64,000 bases of DNA from Promethearchaeota archaeon (GTDB taxonomy: Archaea; Asgardarchaeota; Lokiarchaeia; Sigyniarchaeales; SOKP01). Both the position numbers and the translations under genes were made by a program. Every line of letters begins with the position of its first letter. Position 1 is the first letter of the stretch. The stretch covers positions 1 through 64,000 of the forward strand of contig JAHLWP010000009.1 of the NCBI GenBank assembly GCA_019057865.1, written 5' to 3'. Below, piece after piece: positions 19,577-29,240 of the stretch. Under the pieces are notes generated by a model, which searched no databases, was not told where the DNA came from, and saw nothing but the letters and a program-made list of their open reading frames with translations.

Positions 19577-20845
19577 TTAGTAATATGTATCAGGAATAGA
19601 TGGTTTTTTTGGAAATAGAATTTTGATCAATTTTTCTGATCCTGGTTTCAAAATTGAATCTTTGAGAATATATTTAATTTCTTCAAAAGTTTTATCTGAA
19701 AGAAGTAATTTTATTAAAGTTGAGTTAGGTATTTTAACATCGCAACTTCCTGGGATAGGATATCCTTTTTTTACCTCAATATCTTCAACTTTCCCATTTT
19801 TGAATCTTAAAGTAAAGATCTCTCTATAATCACTAATTACAATATCTTGAGATAATCCTTTATATGAAGATCTTTCTATTCTTTGTTCTAATACCGGACT
19901 AATAGCATGCAAAAATTCTTTGATATTTGGGATTCTGATTTGCCAGCCGTAACCTAAATCTCTCTTTCCTCCTATTGAGCAAATATATTGTGCAAATTTT
20001 GTATCAGAATTTACGTGAAAGACAATTTGATCCTTTTCCTCATTAAGGGTTTTAACGCATTGTAAAATCTTAATCATACTTTCTTCATTGACTTCCGGAA
20101 CTATAAGTGAAAAAGCAACATTATCATAAGACATGCCAATAGAAAAATAAGAAATTGGCTTTCCTTTTATCTTGATAAGAAATGTACTTAAAAAATTATC
20201 GTCAAAATCATCATTCATGAACTTATACATAAAATTATCTGAATTAAATCTGTTGGTTACAAAAAATCTTTCTTGTTCTTTATTATAAATCGATTTAATG
20301 AAAGCTAAGTCTTGTTTTGCAGCTTTTTGAAAAGAAATCATTTCAAGTTTTCTTGAAGGGACTTGACTTTTATTTAATAATATGCGTTCATCAAGATTTA
20401 AAGCAAATTCATATCCAAATCTTCGATAATAATAGGGAATCCCTCTAATTACAGAAAGGAGGTATCCTTCTTGTCTCATGATGTTCTCATATAATTTATT
20501 CATAATTCCCATAAGCCCTCTATTTCTATATTCAGGTAGAGTACCTACAAGCCCCATTTCACATATAGGGATTGGTATTCCATTAAAATTCCATTCTAAT
20601 GGCATTAGTGTAATAGAAGAAACTATTTTATTGGAATCCTTTTTTTCTATATAAATCCAATAGATTTCGTCTCTCTTGGGATGTTGCAAATATAAGCGAC
20701 TTATATATTTTTTTAAGGATTCTTCTTGATGCACAGTTACATTAAATGAAAGAAGCCTTTCTAATTCATCTGTATCATCAATAGCTACTCGTAAGGTCAA
20801 ATTATTTCCAATTATTTTAGAATATCCTTTTTGTATCATCATCAA
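19577..20845 (-). CDS. GNAT acetyltransferase (Eis-like architecture)
   Basis: VGTLPEYRNRGL and YYRRFGYE; SCP2-like tail. Confidence 0.8.
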   Translation of the reverse strand: MMMIQKGYSKIIGNNLTLRVAIDDTDELERLLSFNVTVHQEESLKKYISRLYLQHPKRDEIYWIYIEKKDSNKIVSSITLMPLEWNFNGIPIPICEMGLVGTLPEYRNRGLMGIMNKLYENIMRQEGYLLSVIRGIPYYYRRFGYEFALNLDERILLNKSQVPSRKLEMISFQKAAKQDLAFIKSIYNKEQERFFVTNRFNSDNFMYKFMNDDFDDNFLSTFLIKIKGKPISYFSIGMSYDNVAFSLIVPEVNEESMIKILQCVKTLNEEKDQIVFHVNSDTKFAQYICSIGGKRDLGYGWQIRIPNIKEFLHAISPVLEQRIERSSYKGLSQDIVISDYREIFTLRFKNGKVEDIEVKKGYPIPGSCDVKIPNSTLIKLLLSDKTFEEIKYILKDSILKPGSEKLIKILFPKKPSIPDTYY

Positions 20846-21026
20846 CTTTTAAATAATAAAAATTTTCATTGAATAAGCAAATTTAAACCATATTAAAAAA
20901 TTTGTTTGATAACTATGAAAGAAAATTCTACAATTAAGCCATCTATAACCTGTCCATTAAAACCAAAATTTCATTTTTTAGCGCTCTTAAATTGGAATAT
21001 TTAAAAACTGAATAATTTAAGGTTTT

Positions 21027-21059
21027 AAAAATGGACTCCTAATGTCTTATATTATCTCA
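21027..21059. repeat. Second copy of the 33-bp repeat
   Basis: Matches 12449-12481 with one mismatch. Confidence 0.8.
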
Positions 21060-21095
21060 AACCAACTTTAAATATAAAATCAATGTCATTGAAAA

Positions 21096-21920
21096 ATGCT
21101 AGCTGACAAACCCATTAAATCAATCATTATTTTAATAGTTACAAATTTAGCTATAGTTGTTGCTGCAGCTTTTATATCTTTATTAATTCCATCTATCGAT
21201 CAAAATGTTGACCAGATCATACAAATCATTGTTACTTTTATGTTTTGGTGCTCATTAGTGTTTTTAATTGTCCCATTTGTTTATAAACTCCCAAAAAAAT
21301 GCGATACTTTTCGAGTTTATTTAGATGGGATTCATTTAACTAATTATCGCCCTTTTTCAAGGATACTATTGTATACTGTTAGCTGTTATTTTATTTTTGT
21401 TATCTTTCAACTTATTGGATCTTTAATATATGGTCAATACAGTTTCGATACTTCTCGAATATTGCCTCCTGAATCATATTGGCTACTAAATATTAACGCT
21501 GGACTATTTGAGGAAATAATGTTTCGAGGGATCATATTAACTCTATTATTGGCAGCCATTTCTGAAAAAAAATCCTTAATTATTTCCGCAGTTCTTTTTG
21601 GAGTAGTACATTATGCAAATCTGCTTCATGAGTTTAATTATGAACATCTTATTTTTACAACGGCTCAAGTTATTTGGGCAATCGGTATGGGACTACTCTG
21701 GGGATATTTAGTCATAAAAACAAATTCCCTCATACCAGGTATAATTTTACATTATTTAAGTAATGCTCTTGATTCCTTATGGCTTTTTGTACCAAACTCA
21801 TCAATCGAAATAAAACTCTTATATATGTTATTATTTGGAAAATTTATCCCTATCATCTTGTCAATGTTTTGGATAAAATTCATTTCTAATTCTGGAAAAA
21901 GAACTTCTAAAGTGTATTAA
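21096..21920 (+). CDS. CPBP/Abi (CAAX) intramembrane metalloprotease
   Basis: EEIMFRG, FGVVH and HYLSN motifs. Confidence 0.9.
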   Translation: MLADKPIKSIIILIVTNLAIVVAAAFISLLIPSIDQNVDQIIQIIVTFMFWCSLVFLIVPFVYKLPKKCDTFRVYLDGIHLTNYRPFSRILLYTVSCYFIFVIFQLIGSLIYGQYSFDTSRILPPESYWLLNINAGLFEEIMFRGIILTLLLAAISEKKSLIISAVLFGVVHYANLLHEFNYEHLIFTTAQVIWAIGMGLLWGYLVIKTNSLIPGIILHYLSNALDSLWLFVPNSSIEIKLLYMLLFGKFIPIILSMFWIKFISNSGKRTSKVY

Positions 21921-21923
21921 ACA

Positions 21924-24155
21924 TTAAATCCTAAAATAGATTGTTTTTGGAGTAGTTCTTACACAAATTGATTTACTTAAGTCAATTGCAGTTGTCCATA
22001 TATCTTCATCCCAGGTTTTTTCACTTTCTGCAATTTTTAATAACTTTTTTATAGCTTTTATTGTATTTGCGCAGGTTATCTGTTTATTTGTTTTAGATTT
22101 TTCACTTATATAATTCTGAACGCTATTTTTTACTTGTTCTAGCCCAATTTCAATGGGGGATCGTTGTGTAATTGGAGTTATCTTGAATAATTGTGCTTCC
22201 GAGCTATATTCATGCACTGGGGGTTGAATAAATTCAGTTATTTTTGTTTCTGGTGAAGGAATCGTAATTTCAGTGAGTTTAGATAGCTCTTTTAATTTAC
22301 TTCTAATTGTAATAGGGGATAAATTGAGTTTATTTAGAATAAATTCAACATCTTGAAGGGGAGGTTCGATTCTAAAAATATTTTCATAATGTACCATTAA
22401 TGAGATATAAGCTAATTCAAGATCATTTAATTTACTTATTCTACCTAAATGTGGATATAGTTCATTTGGAAGACTGTATCTATGCCGTATGTCTAATTCA
22501 ACATTAGTTATCCAAATGACATAATCTAAGGCTTTCTCTCTTAACAAATCAAATGTTTTATTAATATCTCCTTTTGAAACTTCTTTTCCTTTCCGATACA
22601 TCTTAACTTCTATTCCGACCTTCTTTATATATTCAGAACCTTCATTTCCAAAAAATTCTAAAAAAACATCAGGCTTTTTCTTTGATTCTCCTAAGGGAGG
22701 CTCATGTTTCACATCTGTTAAGTAATTGTAATCAGGTTGAGTGCTTAAAATTTCAAAGAATTTGCATAAAACATTCTCAACCATTGTGGATCGCTGTTTA
22801 TCTTGAATATGACTATCTAAAAGCTTATTCCTAAGTTCTTTTTGTTCGATATAAGAAAGAGTTAAATCATCCCTAGTTCTAAAAGCCCTGAAAGCTTTAA
22901 AGAAAGTATCAACAAGTTCTAGTTCTTTAGTTTTCCTATAACTCTCTATTAATTCATATAGATTTTTTAATGTCTTTCTTAAATCTTGCCCATTATTTTC
23001 ATAAAGATATTTAATACTGTTTTCTCCAAATGGGAATAAGATCTTATCATGTGGAGGACTAAAATTGAATTTATTCCAGAAGTTCAGGATGTATTGAGTT
23101 ATTACCATAATAACAGTATCAGGATCTAAATTAGTAAGGGCGAGAGTTTTTGACCAATAATCTAATTGTTGACGTTGGTCGCCTTGTAGTACATCATCAA
23201 AGTCACTATAAGCGTCTAAAGTGCCTGAAAGAATAATGGTCATAAATTTCTTTTGTCGCAAATTTAAAAGTAATGAAAACAAATTGGAAAATACTTTGTC
23301 TTTTAATCCTGACCCTCCTGCTTCTAAATGGTCAAAAATTACAACAAAACAAGTCTTATTATCAAATGTCCATCTAAACATCTCAATTAATTCGTCAATG
23401 TATTTTGATGCATCATTATCAGTGCTCACATTGAAACCTTTGTATGCATCATTTCCTCTAAAGGCGTTGAGACTTTCCATATATTCTGGATTCTGAACAT
23501 AAGACTTCCAAAAAGTTAATAAGAAGTTTAAATCAACAGGTATAAATCGGTTTAATATCGCTGCGTTTTCGTTGACTAAATCGAAAATTTTCTGATTAAA
23601 ACGAGCATTCTGAGTTTTTTCTTTAATATAATCAAGATTAGAAGTTAATTTTAAAACATCCTCTCCAGAAAACTTATGTAATAATTGCTCTTCAAGTTTA
23701 CCTCCTTTTTCAGTAATGAGTTTTATAACTTTACTAATCGTGCTCATGAGTAGCAAATCTAAAAATTCTACCTTTTCCAATCTTGAAACAATTTGACGGT
23801 AAAATGATTTCATCTTAAAATCTTCAGGTTGCCCACTCGTTTCGAGATATACAATAGGGAGGAGAAATTCTTTACTCAACTCATCTACAGAGTAGCAAAT
23901 TAAGGTAGATTTTCCAATCCCTTGCTTTCCAATTACTCGAAGTAATTTTGGCTCAAAATATTTAATACTATCTTTTATTTCTTCAGATATCTCTTTTATA
24001 TAATCATCTCGGCCAAAACAAAAGAGAGGAGGATTATTATAAAAGTTTATGGCAATTGGAGGTTTTGGAAAGGGATTTAGATTTTCTCTATTAATAATTT
24101 CAGTTTTACACTTCTTTAACCAATCTTTTTGAGTTTTATATCCATCCAATTGCAT
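21924..24155 (-). CDS. AAA+-type P-loop ATPase fused to a putative PD-(D/E)XK nuclease domain
   Basis: GKQGIGKS (Walker A), VVIFDHLE (Walker B), DLRKTL (sensor-2-like) and KKPDVF...GIEVK. Confidence 0.7.
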   Translation of the reverse strand: MQLDGYKTQKDWLKKCKTEIINRENLNPFPKPPIAINFYNNPPLFCFGRDDYIKEISEEIKDSIKYFEPKLLRVIGKQGIGKSTLICYSVDELSKEFLLPIVYLETSGQPEDFKMKSFYRQIVSRLEKVEFLDLLLMSTISKVIKLITEKGGKLEEQLLHKFSGEDVLKLTSNLDYIKEKTQNARFNQKIFDLVNENAAILNRFIPVDLNFLLTFWKSYVQNPEYMESLNAFRGNDAYKGFNVSTDNDASKYIDELIEMFRWTFDNKTCFVVIFDHLEAGGSGLKDKVFSNLFSLLLNLRQKKFMTIILSGTLDAYSDFDDVLQGDQRQQLDYWSKTLALTNLDPDTVIMVITQYILNFWNKFNFSPPHDKILFPFGENSIKYLYENNGQDLRKTLKNLYELIESYRKTKELELVDTFFKAFRAFRTRDDLTLSYIEQKELRNKLLDSHIQDKQRSTMVENVLCKFFEILSTQPDYNYLTDVKHEPPLGESKKKPDVFLEFFGNEGSEYIKKVGIEVKMYRKGKEVSKGDINKTFDLLREKALDYVIWITNVELDIRHRYSLPNELYPHLGRISKLNDLELAYISLMVHYENIFRIEPPLQDVEFILNKLNLSPITIRSKLKELSKLTEITIPSPETKITEFIQPPVHEYSSEAQLFKITPITQRSPIEIGLEQVKNSVQNYISEKSKTNKQITCANTIKAIKKLLKIAESEKTWDEDIWTTAIDLSKSICVRTTPKTIYFRI

Positions 24156-24162
24156 AATTTCT

Positions 24163-24705
24163 TTAAATTTTCTTTAATTTAAACCATACATAAGTTTGAC
24201 CATCTTTAACCAAAGGTTCACCTTGAACTATTTTACCAGGCTGTAAATCAACCTTATACTCCATAAACAACTTATACAGCTCATTATGTATTCTTTCTCT
24301 AGACCATGGGATAAAATCTTTGATTTTTTGAGTAAGAGCTGAAATAGAAACAAAATCACCAAATCTTTTTTCAAGAGAGTTATAGGCAGTATTAATTGTT
24401 CTAATAAATTGCTGTTTAGTTATATCTTGAAATTTTTCTTCAGGTTCTGTCTTAAAAACTACATTTTCTAGTTTTGATAGCCTTATTTCAAAATCTTGAA
24501 ATTTATTTAATATTAATTCTAAATCCGAAATTGCACTACTAGATGTAGTAGTTTGGGTTATACTAGTTTTTTTAATTCCTTTTCCTTTTTTTCTCCGTTG
24601 AATTTCCCATTTTCTGAAGTTTGCAGTGATTTTATCTCTCCATATAGCATTCTTTCCAGTTTCTGCTTCAAATTGTAGCATTAATTCTGTCTTTTTAATA
24701 GTCAT
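24163..24705 (-). CDS. Hypothetical protein: NAIW motif, coiled coil, possible winged-helix C-terminus
   Basis: FEAETGKNAIWRDKITANFRKW; ends 7 bp before the ATPase start. Confidence 0.7.
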   Translation of the reverse strand: MTIKKTELMLQFEAETGKNAIWRDKITANFRKWEIQRRKKGKGIKKTSITQTTTSSSAISDLELILNKFQDFEIRLSKLENVVFKTEPEEKFQDITKQQFIRTINTAYNSLEKRFGDFVSISALTQKIKDFIPWSRERIHNELYKLFMEYKVDLQPGKIVQGEPLVKDGQTYVWFKLKKI

Positions 24706-25154
24706 AAGTGGGACAATTTTTTGTTTTATCTAACGATTTCTAAATAAAATACCTATTAAAAAATATTTAAATTTACTTCTTTTTTGATTTGCCTTGAAAT
24801 CGTGGATTGTTACGATTTAATTGATTTGCCCGATTATCTCTCCCTGCTTTATAAGCAGGATTATTTTTATTTTTAACTATTGACCTATTATCATTAGGAG
24901 CTCAATCTCATAGATTTAAACAAGAACCTAAAAATATTAAAAGTAATTTTATAATATCTGAAGAAAATATTTTAAAAGATTATCAATTGAATGGAAATCG
25001 TTTGAAAACATTATTTTAAAGTTTAAAATTGAAGATAGATGAGATAAAAGTTTTTTGAAACTTAAACTAAAGAGTTTATCGCGTAAAGAAAAGGTAAAAA
25101 CAAAAGTTGAAGAAGAAAAAGAATATTGGAAATTAATAAAGAATATTTAAAAAT

Positions 25155-26879
25155 TTATATTTTAAAATTAACTCTTATAAATTCATCAGGATAATTAAGC
25201 GCATTGAAAAATAAGGGCGTTCCAGAAAAAAATAACGGTGAGAGTGGACCAATAGTCATAAAAGGATACTCTCGTTTTCCTAAACCACTTTGCGGATCTT
25301 TAAAGTTTTGATATAACCTTATTGCTTCTCTATTACCTCCTATAATTTCCTGGAGGGCGCGCAATTCATTACCCCAACCAAGACCAAACCCAAATGTAAA
25401 GACTCTTATTTGATTGATAATTTCATGATGGATACTTGAAAGCGTCTGACTAATAAACATCCATCCAAGGCCGTATTTTCGAGTGGTTCTAATAGCATCA
25501 ATAAAGGTTGTTCTTATTCTTTTGATATTTTCATTTTCTATTCTTCCTCTCGGTGCTAACCTATGCGCCTCGTCAACTACTACTAAAGAGTTTATGTTGC
25601 CTCCTTGTTTAAATTTATTTTCTGTCTGTATCGTAATTTTACTAAGAAATTGTTGTATTGCAATTAATTGAATATCTTCATTCCACAAGATATTCGTAGG
25701 TTTTTCTCTTGATGATAAATCTATTATAACTAAAGGATTTCCTTCTGATGCTTTTTCAAATAAAGTTGTTAATCTCACACTGTCTTTAGCTCTTTTATAG
25801 CTAAATAAATTTGTAATTCCTGCCCATAAATCATACATACTGTCTTCATTTAATGAAAGCCATACACTCTTGACTCTTTCTCTCGGCTCTTTAGTAAAAA
25901 TTACCCTCTGTAAAAACTGTTCATCAGGGATTAAACTCCATACTATTTTAAATGCATCTCTTCTGTAATATTCCCAAGGTTTAAATCCATTAAATATTTG
26001 GGTTTTAGTATTAAGAATTCTAATAATTTCATCTACAAAACGAGGCCAATGTTCTTCATAATAGATTTTTAATCTATTAAAGAATCCTGAGGCAATTAAT
26101 AGATCTTTGAATAAACTGTCGGAATAATCAAGCACTAAATTTTGTATTGTATAGATTTTAATTTTTCTACCTATTTCTTTCTCAATTATTTGTTTTAATT
26201 TTTCATTAGAAGAAAACTCAAGAGAGAATTCACCTTGAGGATCCAAAATAAAAATCGACATATTTTTATGTTTTGCATAACCACTCACCATCATTTTAGC
26301 TAGAACAGATTTACCAGAACCTGTTTTACCAAAAATACCAATGTGATAAGCTTCACCAATACCATCCTTTCCAATGTCGAAATGTTTAAACCACATTGGA
26401 AGTTTTATGTTTGAACCATAAGCTTTCCCTAAGTAAAATAACTCTTCTTGGTAATCATCTAATAAATCCTCCATTATTTCTTCATCAAATAATTTAATGG
26501 AAGTTCCTGTTGGTGGTACTGTACCTAGTATGCTAGGAACAAGATGTTGATCGTTGTTAGCAAAAACAGAACTCACCATCATTTTAGCAATATGAAGATC
26601 TTGCCTTTCTGTGATTGGGTCAACTCGGCCTTTTTGTCTAATAATACCTCTCATAGTTGGGTCTTTAGCTCAAATATTTCGCATCACGATTTCAGATATT
26701 TGTCCTAAAGCATAATGGGCCATTCCATCTTGCATAAAATTAAAAATGCTTAACTTACCTACTAATTTTTTATTAACCGCAGTTCCAATTATATCAATCG
26801 TTAATTCTCCTGTCGAAGAGGGAGAACCAATTACTCCTATTCTTTCTGCCTTGTCAATTTTCTCATTAACATTACTAAT
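25155..26879 (-). pseudogene. herA: HerA-family ATPase with one in-frame TGA at 26670-26672
   Basis: GKTGSGKS, DPQGEF, VVVDEAH and RKYG motifs. N-terminal IGVIGSPSS...LGQISEI...NI*AKDPTM is in the same frame. Confidence 0.8.
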
Positions 26880-26890
26880 TTTTAATCACC

Positions 26891-28027
26891 TCATTTCCCC
26901 CAATCAGTACGATATCCATGTAAGGTAAAATAAATATTCCCTTCTTCTCCTTTCCAATTTAAAGTCATATCTTGAGTTGCTGTTCTTCTAATCGCTGGTA
27001 AGGCTTTTCTTAGATGTTTAACCATTCTATCTGCGAAATATAATGGATAAGGTTCTATAATCCCTGGAACACCACATTGTAATTTTATAGATTCAAATAA
27101 CATTGCTAACCTATAATTATTCGTTGCTATTGAAGGAGCAATTTCCACTCTTAATACTGGAAAAAATTCAGATGGTCTATAGTAAACCATATTAATCTCA
27201 TTTAATGCATTTATGATCCTTTTGAATTGTTCTATTGTATCAGATGGCAAGTAATCTAGGCTCCATTTTGATATTGGTTTTTCAATTTTCATCGGCCCTA
27301 CAAATTCACCTGCTTTTAATATGAATGAAAGTAACCCACGATCTTCAAATCCATCCAAATTCAAAATATTTTGTGATATTTGATTTATAGTAGTATATTT
27401 AGGTACACCAGTGAATATTTGGTCAGATTTTTTAGAAATAAGTATTTTTTCATACGATTTCAATGCCGGATTTAATAATTCAAATAGTACATTGATTAGT
27501 TCCTTTACAGGGGTGATATTAGGATTTAAAGCTTTAATAATATTAATAAAATGTGACATTAACGAACCATCGATAAATACTACATCGTGAGGTGCATTTC
27601 CCGCCAGAATCAATTCCATACACATCATTATTGCTCTTGAAATCATAGTAGTAGTATCATTATGGGGTAGAGTTAGAACGTTAGAGTTATGATATGGTGC
27701 TGACCAATATCTAACTTCAGTTGGAGGTGCTAATCCTTCAACCGCTACACCAGCAATACCAACTATATCTGTAGAGAGTAATTTCTCTACAGCAAAAGCT
27801 CCATCTACACCACAAGTTGTTGGATGAGATGGCGTTAATGTAATTTCAGAATCTTTTCTTAGTAAATTTTTATCTTTTAATGTATTTCTCGCTTGTTTTT
27901 TAAGATTTAATAATTTTTGAAAGGTAATTGACAATTTTCTACTTATTCCATCACATTGAATTAACATATCCTCAACTAAAGCCTCAGGTAATTCTTTAAA
28001 AGGAGTTTTTAAAATACTTCTCGACAT
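26891..28027 (-). CDS. nurA: NurA-family nuclease
   Basis: GVDGA, FIDGS, GVPK and EPYPLYFAD motifs; directly upstream of herA. Confidence 0.8.
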   Translation of the reverse strand: MSRSILKTPFKELPEALVEDMLIQCDGISRKLSITFQKLLNLKKQARNTLKDKNLLRKDSEITLTPSHPTTCGVDGAFAVEKLLSTDIVGIAGVAVEGLAPPTEVRYWSAPYHNSNVLTLPHNDTTTMISRAIMMCMELILAGNAPHDVVFIDGSLMSHFINIIKALNPNITPVKELINVLFELLNPALKSYEKILISKKSDQIFTGVPKYTTINQISQNILNLDGFEDRGLLSFILKAGEFVGPMKIEKPISKWSLDYLPSDTIEQFKRIINALNEINMVYYRPSEFFPVLRVEIAPSIATNNYRLAMLFESIKLQCGVPGIIEPYPLYFADRMVKHLRKALPAIRRTATQDMTLNWKGEEGNIYFTLHGYRTDWGK

Positions 28028-28280
28028 TAAATAAATCTCAACTCATTGAATTTTATCTTAAAATTTCTTAAATATATTGTACATTTAGGTAAAAATAAAT
28101 GTTATTAAATTTAGACTGAAACAGATGAAAATAATTATTTTCAAAAGATTAATAATTAGAATTTAATCAAAAAGGGGTATATTATATGAATATTAAATTC
28201 AAGCTGTTTTTCATCAATAATAAGCTATCTAATATTTGTTATTGAATCTCTTAAAGTAAGATTATTAATTTGCTCATTCG

Positions 28281-28336
28281 TTTATAAGATTGCAAATTTT
28301 TTGCGGATTTCTTGTAGAGAAGACGAAAGGTCTGCC
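28281..28336. repeat. Junction repeat copy 5 (diverged 3' fragment of gene 3963-4475)
   Basis: Minus strand reads GRPFVFSTRNPQKICNLIN versus GRPFVFSTKNSEQICNLIN. Confidence 0.75.
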
Positions 28337-28390
28337 CTACAATTAATCACAATTAAAAAATATGAATAATTTCTTTGAAAAAGGAATTCC

Positions 28391-28513
28391 CTATAAAACC
28401 TTCTTTCCACATACTTGACAAATTGATTGTCCTTCTGGAAGTTTAGCGCCGCAATGCTTGCAATATAATTCATTTAACAAAAGAAAAAGGTTAAAAGGCA
28501 GTAAATAGGGCAT
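28391..28513 (-). CDS. 40-aa zinc-ribbon microprotein or deletion remnant
   Basis: MPYLLPFNLFLLLNELYCKHCGAKLPEGQSICQVCGKKVL; matches both ends of 30186-30701. Confidence 0.55.
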   Translation of the reverse strand: MPYLLPFNLFLLLNELYCKHCGAKLPEGQSICQVCGKKVL

Positions 28514-28530
28514 AATTAAAAATTTTTATC

Positions 28531-29124
28531 CTAAGTTATATTTTCATATCCTATATTGCAGCTTTTACAATAATAAATTAATTTCCCGCGGGGAACAGTA
28601 ATTGAGCGTAACATATTATCACATCGAGGGCAATATATTATAGTCCCCTTCTGAATAATAGTTTCTTTATCAATAGTTATGGTTTCTTTATCAATGTTTG
28701 ATTTCAGAATCATTTTTTTCTCTTTAATTCTCAAATCAAATGTAATTTTACAGTCAGGATAACCACTACAACCATAAAATAAGCCATATTTTCCTTTTCG
28801 TTCTCTCATAATTCTACCACACTTAGGACAAGAGATATTAGTAGGATCCTCGAAGTTATATGAAAAATTACATTTAGGATAGCCATTACAACCGAGGAAA
28901 ATGCCGAATTTTCCCTTATAAATTGCTAAGTTTTTTCCACATTTAGGGCAAACAGAAGGTATACTTGCTCGAGTAGTAGTTATTTTTCCTGATATATCTT
29001 GAGTATATTTACATTTAGGATATCCAGTACAGTCCAAGTAAGTCCCATAATCTCCATGACGGATTTTTAATGGTTTTCCACATTTTGGACATTTTTTTGG
29101 TGCTTTAAAATCAGAATTTTTCAT
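28531..29124 (-). CDS. Stand-alone topoisomerase-type C4 zinc-finger repeat protein
   Basis: Three CPKCG...C.GYP.C repeats plus a fourth, different CxxC...CxxC ribbon. Confidence 0.85.
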   Translation of the reverse strand: MKNSDFKAPKKCPKCGKPLKIRHGDYGTYLDCTGYPKCKYTQDISGKITTTRASIPSVCPKCGKNLAIYKGKFGIFLGCNGYPKCNFSYNFEDPTNISCPKCGRIMRERKGKYGLFYGCSGYPDCKITFDLRIKEKKMILKSNIDKETITIDKETIIQKGTIIYCPRCDNMLRSITVPRGKLIYYCKSCNIGYENIT

Positions 29125-29240
29125 AGTAAATGGTTTATCTAAGAAGTATATAATTATATAAGTTATTTTTATTCTTATCTTTCTAATTTTGACTAAATAA
29201 TGTATTAATGAATAATATTTCTGAGCTTGAAAAAATTATT

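Noticed and set aside
24880-25150. Purine-rich, coding-like plus-strand remnant between herA and the NAIW gene
   Set aside because: Multiple stops and no recognisable motif.
26670-26672. TGA in herA as selenocysteine or recoding
   Set aside because: Non-catalytic position most simply explained by TGG-to-TGA. No SECIS recognised. TGA ends normal genes here (e.g. 996-998), and the other internal stops are TAA.
803-28336. Repeats as a CRISPR array or MITE family
   Set aside because: Spacing is irregular and kilobase-scale, the sequence is coding-derived, and there are no terminal inverted repeats or cas genes.
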